The notes under the pieces: model-generated
Databases searched by the model: none
The model's input: only the letters and a program-made list of their open reading frames with translations
What the model was told of the DNA's origin: nothing
Part shown: in pieces, positions 1-8,804 of the stretch
Layout of the letters: every line of letters starts with the position of its first letter
Position numbering within the stretch: position 1 is the first letter of the stretch
Position numbers and translations under genes: made by a program
Origin: a virus
Taxonomy: Duplodnaviria; Heunggongvirae; Uroviricota; Caudoviricetes
Direction: 5' to 3' (one strand)
Length of the DNA stretch: 53,885 nucleotides
IMG/VR virus record: IMGVR_UViG_2718218201_000002
Coordinates: 64,001-117,885 of that record

Positions 1-136
1 TTATTGGGCTGAGCGCTGACCATCTAATTTTCAGACCGTGAGCGTCCTCGAATTTTTTAATGACATGGTTTGCGTCCATGCCTACAAAATCGCCTTGAAC
101 ATTGGTTGCTAATACTAGCTTTCTTAACATTTTCAT
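1..136 (-). CDS. Small hypothetical protein, truncated by window edge (MKMLRKLVLATNVQGDFVGMDANHVIKKFEDAHGLKIRWSALSPI...)
   Basis: Not in ORF track. ATG at 136 preceded by SD AGGAGGG; frame stays open to position 1. Confidence 0.75.
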   Translation of the reverse strand, partial: MKMLRKLVLATNVQGDFVGMDANHVIKKFEDAHGLKIRWSALSPI

Positions 137-221
137 GTTTATTCCCTCCTAAAATTGCCTCGTTTTTTCATTAAGCTGGTTATATGCGACCGGAGACTCC
201 CAAAGTTTTGTGGTGAGAATG

Positions 222-455
222 TTAAATCTCGCCGTTCATAATATTCAATAACGTGCCGTATTCATTGAAGAAGTAATTTGTAACATTGTTTTTGTTGTCG
301 ATTACTTCAATTTTTAATTTTTCCAGCTCATTATCAAGCTGGTTTGCGATTGCGGTATTGCCGTCCGGTGTCTCGCCAATCAACATACTGTCAGCTTCTT
401 TAAGATTTTGTAGAAGCTGAACAATACTTGTTGAATCATTTATGTCGATTTTCAT
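222..455 (-). CDS. Small acidic hypothetical protein (early gene)
   Basis: 77 aa ORF; SD-like AGAGGGTGG upstream. Confidence 0.8.
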   Translation of the reverse strand: MKIDINDSTSIVQLLQNLKEADSMLIGETPDGNTAIANQLDNELEKLKIEVIDNKNNVTNYFFNEYGTLLNIMNGEI

Positions 456-550
456 TGTTCGCCACCCTCTTTCTTATCAGTATGTATATTTAGAATTTAA
501 TAATTCTATCGCATACCCGATAAATTTTGCATCGGATATACTAACAATCA

Positions 551-868
551 TTAAATTTCAACGAGCTCATCGAGCTCCTCGCAATCATCTTGATTGTGAA
601 TTGCTTTGAGAATTTCGTTGCTGTCATTAACATCGATTTCCTCAAATATTTCTGATTCATCGAGCATAGAGCCCCAAGAATCAGCTTTGCCGTTCCATTC
701 TAAATGATAACGACTTCCGAAATCACCACATGATGAGTTGCGGTAAGTTCCAATAACGCCTTTGTATTCGAATGTTACAACGGGTTGGTCGTAACCTCCT
801 CCATTGTTTTTCTTTTCTTCATTGAAGTAAGGGTTACTTTGTTCGATTTTTAAAATTTTAACAGTCAT
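551..868 (-). CDS. Small acidic hypothetical protein (early gene)
   Basis: 105 aa ORF; SD AGGAGG upstream; downstream of the sigma-A-like promoter at 918-946. Confidence 0.85.
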   Translation of the reverse strand: MTVKILKIEQSNPYFNEEKKNNGGGYDQPVVTFEYKGVIGTYRNSSCGDFGSRYHLEWNGKADSWGSMLDESEIFEEIDVNDSNEILKAIHNQDDCEELDELVEI

Positions 869-917
869 TTAAAACGACCTCCTTTGTTTATTAATTTATT
901 TTCTTATCTTTAACATT

Positions 918-946
918 ATTATACACCCGTATTGATAATATAGCAA
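918..946 (-). promoter_or_regulatory. Sigma-A-type promoter for the small early ORFs
   Basis: Minus strand TTGCTA-N17-TATAAT (946-941, 923-918). Confidence 0.7.
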
Positions 947-1439
947 CAATTATAATGATTACTTTTACACCTCTAGAGTATAAATGGCATCTAATTGTAA
1001 AAGTGATATGTAGTTGTATTATTATACTGATAGTAACCTTTGCTCCATATTCACCAACCAATTGTAACACAATCAATTGACCGAGTCACTAAAAAAATAA
1101 TGCATTATTATACGATAAGTATGTATAAATATGTATATATGAATTTGCTCATATAAGCCCGTATATGCGCCCTATTGCATGATAAAGTAATTAGGATATG
1201 TAATATCTGAACGCTTAAATATGTGTTAAACATTGAATATAAAGCTGTATGTTGATTTGACAAATAGCGTGAAATGTGGTAAAGTTTATGACCAAAATTA
1301 TTGTAATATGTAATGCCAATACAGAAGAGTGAACAAAAGCATAACCTAAAGAATGAATATAAGTTATGCCATTTAATCACATTCTGTTTTATAATGAATA
1401 GTAGCAAATATAAATATATTAATTGTTGCTGAACGAAAA

Positions 1440-3250
1440 TAATAGTATTATTAACGTATATCTGTTGGATATATATTTAAGTTTATATTAATAATATTAA
1501 TTACTTAATGTAATAGTTATATTAATATCCAATGATTAGGATTCAATGATATAAAATGAATATTGATTAAATAAATTATAGCATGTGTTGTGCTTTGTGT
1601 TAGATACGATACATATTAAATATAAATGATGTAATGTTGTATGTAAGAATGTTGATATTAGATGTGTTGGCACATTGATTGATAAGTTAATTGAGTATGC
1701 ATGTGTATTGAATGATGATTAGTAATAGATATAAGGTGATATGTAATGATGAATGATAGATAGTAAATAAATTAATTGATGGTGATGTGATGATGATTAG
1801 TAGGTAAATTGTTAAGTGAATAATATTAAATTGTAGTTTGTAATGTTTATTATTATGGAATGTATAATTTGTGATTATAATATTTTTATTATTATGTTTT
1901 AATTTGTTATTATCGATATTGTGATATGAATGTGTAGATGCTGAGTAGTGTGTGATTGTTAGTGTGATTGTTGAGTTGCTGGAGTGGGAAAGTGTGATGT
2001 GTTAGGTGTGGTGTGTGGTGGAGATGTGAAGATGTGAGAGGTGGAATGGAATGTGTGCGTGATTATGTGGTTGGGTGACTGGGTGATAATGTGTGTGTGA
2101 GGTGGAGAGATAGGTGTATTTGTTTGTTGGGTGCGAACACATTTCTCGCTGTTATCGGTACTGAAAAATTTTTAAAAAATTTGATTAAAATTTAAAACTT
2201 AATTTAATTCAGTGATTTACCTTGTGTTAAATTATTTTCGTTCGTGCTGGAGGCTATCCTTTCACTTGCCTTTCTACTTTCTTTTCGGTTCGTTAAAAGT
2301 TCCGGCAATCTCAAAATTTGGGGGATATTTTAGGGCTGGTCATATAACGTTTATTATCTGACCGCCTTTTTTGCTCGGCTTTTTATGCGGGGGGGTGGTT
2401 TAAGATTTCAGCTGACTTGATATGATTTTACATCGGCGTACTGTCCAAAAATCACCTCACCATTGACTAAATTACATATCAAATTTTTTTCATCTCACCA
2501 CTCAACTCACATTTTTCTGCCATATTTTCGTCACAATTTCCCAACACATACTCTTACTCTCTCCACCCATTCCCCACCTTATTTTCTTTCTCGAACCTAT
2601 CTCTCACAATTACATACTCTCTCTTACTATTCATCTCACTCTCCTTTCCTCTACCCACAGCATTTTTACCTTCCTGTATACAACTCACTAAATCATATGT
2701 TAATAAACGAAATTTTATCTTTATTTTCAGTTGTTTTACTTAACATCAAAACTAAATATCCTACCATTTTTAACTTTAACCAGATAAGTCATGTGAGATA
2801 TATTTTCTATATGCTTGATTCGATTAAATATCAACTCTAAACTTTTACTCGACTAACTTTTTTTATTTTTCAATCTTCAATTTTAAATTCCAATCAACCC
2901 TTTATTTTGCATTTGACCATTAAGTTGTTCTATAATCTTTTATCACGTTTTTCCTTCTTGCTTGTAACCACTATTTTTGCCATCTCAATTTCCTGCAATG
3001 TAAGCTATAATTTACTTATAATTAATTTGTTGAAAACACTGGCTTGTATTGTCTTGATTCAATTTTAAATCAAATTTTTTCTTGAAACATTTTTACAATA
3101 AACCTAATACTCTTCTACCTTCATTTACTTTTTAGTCATCAGTTAAGAGTTTGGACATTTTTAAAACTATTTCAGCTTCTCAATTTTTCCCATTTTTCAC
3201 TATTTTTCTTTAAAAACCAATTAAATCTCCATAATTAACTCTAAAAACAA
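1440..3250. other. Non-coding region with mirror-image strand skew (C-poor left arm, G-poor right arm)
   Basis: 6 C in 1681-2132; 7 G in 2461-2700 (hand counts). No credible ORF. Confidence 0.85.
2337..2364. other. 28-bp dif/res-like inverted repeat (11-6-11), candidate tyrosine recombinase site
   Basis: TGGTCATATAA-CGTTTA-TTATCTGACCG; arms match 9/11; ATAA-N6-TTAT core as in dif sites. Confidence 0.45.
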
Positions 3251-3251
3251 A

Positions 3252-3283
3252 TAAAAAAGAGACCGAAATTAATCAGTCTCTTT
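3252..3283 (-). terminator. Rho-independent terminator ending the replication block
   Basis: AAAGAGAC/GTCTCTTT stem followed by a U-tract on the minus strand, just after ORF 3292-3648. Confidence 0.8.
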
Positions 3284-3291
3284 AATCAATA

Positions 3292-3648
3292 TTACGCTTT
3301 TATATTACGTAATCTCTTATTCATTATTCTCTTTAGCAAATCAACTAAATCATCTTTCAAGAAATCTTTACGGATTGGATACCCTTTATTCATTTCTTCA
3401 AGGTAACTGTTTATGTATTGGTGACTTAATAATGTCTTAATTATTCTAAGAAATCTTACAGAATCATCTTGTTGTTCACACAAATAGTATTGAAATTCTA
3501 ATTCTAAACTTTCTTCACGATTAATTACATTCTTTAACTCAACGCTTAATATTCTTTCAGTATCATTTTTAGTTACTGTCAAACCTATCAATGAATTCAA
3601 AGTTGCCATTACATCTTTAAACTCATTAATCATCGCATGTTGCTCCAA
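3292..3648 (-). CDS. Hypothetical protein
   Basis: 118 aa ORF overlapping the upstream ORF; followed by a terminator. Confidence 0.75.
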   Translation of the reverse strand: MEQHAMINEFKDVMATLNSLIGLTVTKNDTERILSVELKNVINREESLELEFQYYLCEQQDDSVRFLRIIKTLLSHQYINSYLEEMNKGYPIRKDFLKDDLVDLLKRIMNKRLRNIKA

Positions 3649-3941
3649 GACACTTTATCTGCAATTCTTTCAACTTCTTTAAGCATTGATACTACATCGT
3701 TCAAACTAACTTTACCTTTCATTCTTCTCTTAGGACATTCTTTGATGTATCCTCTTGTAGCAGCTTGAACAGATGCATAGAACCCTCTAAACTTCCAACT
3801 CTTAGTATTCTTCTTCTTTCGTTCCTTAATATCAAAATCATACTCTAAAGATTCTAATTCTAAATTATCAGAATCACCACGTCTAATAATCCTAAAATCG
3901 TAAGGTAATTCCACCTCTAAGGTAATTTCATTATTCTTCAT
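3630..3941 (-). CDS. Hypothetical protein
   Basis: 103 aa ORF with SD GGAGGA. Confidence 0.8.
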   Translation of the reverse strand: MKNNEITLEVELPYDFRIIRRGDSDNLELESLEYDFDIKERKKKNTKSWKFRGFYASVQAATRGYIKECPKRRMKGKVSLNDVVSMLKEVERIADKVSWSNMR

Positions 3942-3957
3942 TTTTCGTCCTCCATGT

Positions 3958-4566
3958 TTAATAATTTAATTCTTCTTCGGCAATTTCTTCAAATTCTCTT
4001 TGAATCAAGTCTAAAATAAACCTTCTACCTTTGTTCGTCCATACCATATAGCTTCCAGTGTAACCATTACTCTTTCTGTAATAACTATCTTTCACTAAGC
4101 AATTATCTTGACTATCACAAAGAAAGTATCGGTCATAACACTTATATTGGATTCCTTTACAACACAAGAATTTATTCAATGCCTGAGGTTGCATATCGAT
4201 TTCTTGAGCAATCTCGCTAATTCTGTATGTTTCTTTTATTTCTTTTTGACCCGTGAGTTCTTTCCATTCATTTTCCAACATGTTTACTTGTTCAATAACC
4301 TTTGCTTTAAGCTCCAAGTTACCTCTTAGTTCTGAAAGAAAGAGTATAAATGCTCCACTTCTAAACTTATAATACGTTCTAGGTTCGTCCTTCTTGTCTA
4401 TGTATTTCGCTTTGTCCACCATTTCTTTTACATCATCTGGCACCCAATCAGACTTTAGGAATTTGCGTATACTCCCTAAAATATTTTTATGTTTTCTCCC
4501 AGTTTCGCTCGCAATTTCTAAGCTAGTAACTACACCTTTTCTGATATCAATTTCTAATTGTCTCAT
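3958..4566 (-). CDS. Rha-family regulator with C-terminal antirepressor (KilAC/ANT-like) domain
   Basis: N-terminal VTSLEIASETGRKHKNILGSIR is Rha-like; C-terminal ISEIAQEIDMQPQALNKFL...WTNKGRRFILDL is ANT-like. Confidence 0.8.
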   Translation of the reverse strand: MRQLEIDIRKGVVTSLEIASETGRKHKNILGSIRKFLKSDWVPDDVKEMVDKAKYIDKKDEPRTYYKFRSGAFILFLSELRGNLELKAKVIEQVNMLENEWKELTGQKEIKETYRISEIAQEIDMQPQALNKFLCCKGIQYKCYDRYFLCDSQDNCLVKDSYYRKSNGYTGSYMVWTNKGRRFILDLIQREFEEIAEEELNY

Positions 4567-4649
4567 TTTTCTTCCTCTATTTCATTTATTATTTTATCTT
4601 CTTTAAGCCTTTTAGCAACTCAACCGTATCTAGAACCCTTATGGTTTTT

Positions 4650-4678
4650 ATTTTACACTACATATACATATAATTCAA
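4650..4678 (-). promoter_or_regulatory. Sigma-A-type promoter for the Rha gene
   Basis: Minus strand TTGAAT-N17-TAAAAT. Confidence 0.55.
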
Positions 4679-4699
4679 TAATTTATTTCTTTTGGGACA

Positions 4700-5453
4700 A
4701 AGAATTGTTTCTCAAGCTCTATCATCAATTCTGAGTGGGCTATTTGTTCGCTCAGCAAACGTTAATTGATTTTTGGTACTAACTATCCAAAAAATGCTAT
4801 CGTTTGTCTACGTGGCTTAAAACGCAATAGTTTTAAAATTTGAGGTTTGAGATTAAAAACAATCATTTTACTCATTCAAAAAATCACCCATGCACTAATC
4901 CAAAACACTATCGTCCATTTCTGATAGTCTATTAGCCCGCTGAGAGCGTTTTAAATACTTTTAGGTAGTTTGTATCCAAAAATACTTACTTCGCATTCTA
5001 GCCCGTAAAATAACGCTCCTCGTAAGCGATGACTCTGATACCCATTAAATCGGGCTTTCTGATAATTTATTAGTCATAGTAGCTATGTACGTCATAAGTT
5101 TAAACACTAGATTCTTAGACGCTTCCTTTTGCTTTAGCAAAAATGGGAAGCAAAGGAAAGCCCTGCGGAACGTTAGTGACGTTAGGCTTTACTAAAAGGT
5201 CTTTTAATCAATCCCACATAGTTCTAAAATTTGAAAATCGGCGCCAAATTTGACGTATTTTTTGTCTAGAACAGCTCTCGTCCTTACTCCCACAAGGGAT
5301 TCAGCCATTTGAAAAATTTTTAAAAATCTCGTTTGGGGCACCACTTTTTTGACCCTTTTAAGTTATTAAGAATATATTTTTTGCTTACGCATCAGTAGTT
5401 TCAGCTTGTCCTATATTCTCTTATGAGAGGGTAAAAAATGCGCACCCATATGA
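4700..5453. other. Candidate phage replication origin
   Basis: ORF-free stretch directly downstream of the putative initiator. ATCCAAAA at 4785, 4898 and 4974; inverted TTAAAACGC/GCGTTTTAA at 4817 and 4946; several hairpins. Confidence 0.4.
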
Positions 5454-6359
5454 TTAAAATTCAGAGTCGAAAAATAAAAATACTTCGCTGACAAACTCAC
5501 CGTTTCTTTTGGTTGTAAATTGCTCGAGTCTGTAATTTTGATTAGTATAACTCTTTAGCTCTCTGTGTTGCTTTTTAAAAGTTCCTAAACTTGCTCCAAC
5601 CTTTTTAGCAAGAGAGTTCTTATTTACTTTAAATCGTGAATATCTAGTAGTAATTTTGTTAGCAAGCATATCCTTTACAACACAAGCGAGATACAAACTT
5701 TGCACCGACAAATTACCTTTTACGGTATCAAATAATGATTTGTATGTGATTGTTATGTATTTATCACCTTGAATATCAATTGGTGGTTTCACTAATTCCA
5801 TTTCTTGACCGTTCTTTCGAAAAACGCCTTTAGTGTGTCTAATTGGCTCAATAGACCTAACTGGCAAAGCTAATCGATTTGCATCTATCATTTTTTCTTT
5901 TTCGTCCTTACTTAATGATTTAAACATAGTGTAATTACCAAAATAATTCCGTTTCTCTTTATCCTCAACGTACGACACACTATATTCAACAGGAAAATCA
6001 TATTGAGTGCCGATAAATTGATTTTCAACTAAATAACTAGAATTTGAGAATAGTTTTCTTAATTTCTCACTGTACTTTATTCCTAGGAATTGACAAATAA
6101 TTTCTAAATTTATGTGGTGTCTCCTATAAGTGTAGCTCGCTTCTTTGTACACAAGTATAATACCCACATACAATAAAAGAGCTTTGGCTTTAATAGCGTT
6201 TGTAGTGTCCAAACCTTCCAAATATGTCATAAACTCTTTAGGAATCACAATCTTGAAATGGGAATTACTTTCCCTAAACACCCCCTTTCTCATTGTCTCA
6301 ATTTCCTCTTTGCTTAATAAAAATTTCCAATTATTATTTTTCTTTACTCTCTTTTCCAT
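5454..6359 (-). CDS. Putative replication initiator / DNA-binding protein
   Basis: 301 aa basic protein with HTH-like C-terminus (NKNSLAKKVGASLGTFKKQHREL); lies between a helicase and a repeat-rich non-coding stretch. Confidence 0.5.
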   Translation of the reverse strand: MEKRVKKNNNWKFLLSKEEIETMRKGVFRESNSHFKIVIPKEFMTYLEGLDTTNAIKAKALLLYVGIILVYKEASYTYRRHHINLEIICQFLGIKYSEKLRKLFSNSSYLVENQFIGTQYDFPVEYSVSYVEDKEKRNYFGNYTMFKSLSKDEKEKMIDANRLALPVRSIEPIRHTKGVFRKNGQEMELVKPPIDIQGDKYITITYKSLFDTVKGNLSVQSLYLACVVKDMLANKITTRYSRFKVNKNSLAKKVGASLGTFKKQHRELKSYTNQNYRLEQFTTKRNGEFVSEVFLFFDSEF

Positions 6360-6392
6360 AATTTTCCCTCTTTTGTAAATTAATTTATTTCC

Positions 6393-8665
6393 TTATTTCA
6401 AAAATTCACTCATAAAACATTTTCTGCTTTTACCTTTGTCCGTCTTAATTGCTTGTACAATTGCTCCTGATTCAGCAAACAATAAGCATTTGTCAATTGT
6501 TCTTGTTAAAGCTGTATATAAGAATTGTCTACTTAACAATGCAAATTCGTTAAACGTCACAATGACTAGCAATGTTTTAAAACCTGACCCTTGAGAACGA
6601 TGCACGCTAATAGCGTAACCTAAATCTAATACACCGATTTCATTCTCGTTTTCATTCTTAGCATAGAACACTGGTTCATCGATTCCTTCAAACTTAATCA
6701 ACATACCCACGCCTTCTACACATTCTAAAATCGTACCAAAAGTGCCGTTAAAGACAGCTACAGAACTATGTTCAGCTTCTTCCCTGTCAATAAACTTATT
6801 ACTATATAATACAAAATTAGCCTGACTCATAATTATTGCACTGTAGTTATTTCCTTGTTGAATGATTCTATCACCTTTTCTAAATGTATGCTTTACACCT
6901 TTGATTTCTTCTTTTCCACTCGATGCTGGGTTAAAGATTTCTTGTAAATGCTTGTTCAAATTTAGAACTGAATAGTCACCTTTCTCTTTCAAACCAACAA
7001 TTACTTGAAAGTCTTCATTTCTCATTTCTGGATTATCCGCATAACGTTGAGCTGTTTGAAGAACGTCGTTTAAAATTAATGACTTATCTCGGTAGTAATT
7101 CTCATAGAAATCACTATTTACTCCAGAAACCTTTCTACCATTTTCGTTATATTTAATAATTTGTTTTCCATCACGAACTAAATTAGCAGCACTTAAAGTG
7201 CCTGAGTCCTGCGCTTGTCTATGGACTTCTTTTAATGTTACGTGAGCGAACTCAGTAGAACCTAATAAATAATCAAACACTGCACCATGCCCAATGGCTG
7301 GTAATTGCCCACTGTCGCCAACAATAATGAATGGAGAGCCTGTGGGGATTGCGCTGATTAAATCTAAGAATAATTTGTTATTGACCATAGATGCCTCATC
7401 TAAAATATACACAGATGATGGTAATGGATTAAATTCATTGTGAAAGAAGCTACCCATTTTAGGTTCAAACTTTAACAATCTATGAATTGTACTAGCGTTT
7501 AATCCGTTCATAGAAAGTACATTAGCCGCTTTACCTGATAAACTACATGCAGCGTGGTTGTTTTCGATACTTTCAACAGCGGCTCTTAATAAACTTGTTT
7601 TTCCCGAACCCGCTTTACCGTCTAGAACAAAAATCCCATTTGTTATAGCTTTCTCAATTCCTTCACGTTGTTCTTTATTGAACTTAAAACCTTGCTCGTG
7701 CTCTAACTTTTCTACAATCGTTTCATCAATATTACTAGGGTTAAAACCATCTCGTAATCTTCTTAAGTGACTAACAATTTGCTTTTCTTCATTTCTGTAT
7801 GTATGTAAACTAATAAATCCTTCGTTATAGTAAATAGCACTGTGGTTGATAATGTCCTCAAATACTTTATCATCAACTTCATCAATATCTAAAATATCAC
7901 ATAAGTCTTTCTCAAATTTATCAATTGGAATCTTGGTATCTCCATAATTAATAATGTGTTCAATCACATACAAAGCACCTGCAACAATTCGACGTTTATC
8001 TTTAGGAGATACACCTTGTTTTAAAGCATATTTGTCGATGGTTTTAAAACCAAAACCTGAGACTCAGTTAATTTGTAAACGTCGTTTTTAACAATTTGTA
8101 CAACTTTCTCTGGACTACCGAAATGTTCAGATAGTTTGATAACACTTTTAATGCCGGCACCTAAAGGAGAAAGTGCTACAATCGCTTTGCTATACTCATT
8201 GTAGTTCAATAGTTTTGCGATTATTTTTGACGCTATCGTTTCTTGAACACCACGAACTAAAGTTAAGTCAATTTTCTTATTAATAATATCCTCAATGATA
8301 TTTTCGTTTGAAAAGGTTGACAAAATATCTTTAGCTTGTTTCTCCGTTAAAATTTGATACAAAAATTCTTCTTGAGACTTTCTATCTTTCAGCCCGTCGG
8401 ACTTTACTTCAACAAAATTATATACATCAACGTTTCTTCTTTCGTCAAAACCTTCAACAAATTTTACCTTGTATGAATTTCCTTCAATTAACGCTGGTGT
8501 GTTTCCAACAATTGTAAAATTCTTATATGTAGTATGTAATTTCACTTGCGGATTAACTTCACCAGTAAACTTAAAACCATATGCACCATACATACTCCCC
8601 TCATTGTAAAACAACTCCTTAGTTACTGTTAATTCTTCTTCAAACTCTCTAAAAATTTTTTTCAT
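6393..8665 (-). CDS. recD2: RecD2-like SF1B helicase, split by a 1-nt frameshift near 8063
   Basis: Walker A GKAGSGKT, DEASM, GDSGQL, YAISVHRSQGS. The N-terminal half continues as (V)SGFGFKTIDKYA in the other frame. ATG at 8665 has SD GAGGA. Confidence 0.88.
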
Positions 8666-8708
8666 AGTAATATTCCTCGTTTCATTTTTATTTGCTTTAC
8701 AGAAACAA

Positions 8709-8737
8709 ATTATAACACCGAAGATATATATTGACAA
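8709..8737 (-). promoter_or_regulatory. Leftward sigma-A promoter for the recD2/replication operon
   Basis: TTGTCA-N17-TATAAT with extended -10 TGtTATAAT. Confidence 0.7.
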
Positions 8738-8759
8738 GAGAAATAATTTATTTTATAAT
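8731..8759 (+). promoter_or_regulatory. Rightward consensus sigma-A promoter
   Basis: Perfect TTGACA-N17-TATAAT upstream of ORF 8805. Confidence 0.85.
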
Positions 8760-8804
8760 CTAGTTAAGAAAAAGAAAATTACATAACAAGGAGAAAAATG
8801 AAAG

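Noticed and set aside
222-868. Anti-CRISPR assignment for the small acidic ORFs
   Set aside because: Size and acidity fit, but I see no similarity to a known Acr and there is no adjacent aca gene.
891-1407. ORFs 891-1076 and 1108-1407 (minus)
   Set aside because: No SD and AT-rich low-complexity translations; the first overlaps the predicted promoter.
1980-2700. Long inverted repeat or protelomerase (telRL) site
   Set aside because: The arms mirror each other in composition only, with short exact matches; there is no long perfect palindrome.
2463-2840. 125-aa plus-strand ORF
   Set aside because: H/S/L/F/Y-rich translation is a by-product of the G-free skewed arm; no SD.
8021-8737. Start of the RecD2 N-terminal ORF at 8737
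   Set aside because: It overlaps the promoters; ATG 8665 has the SD.
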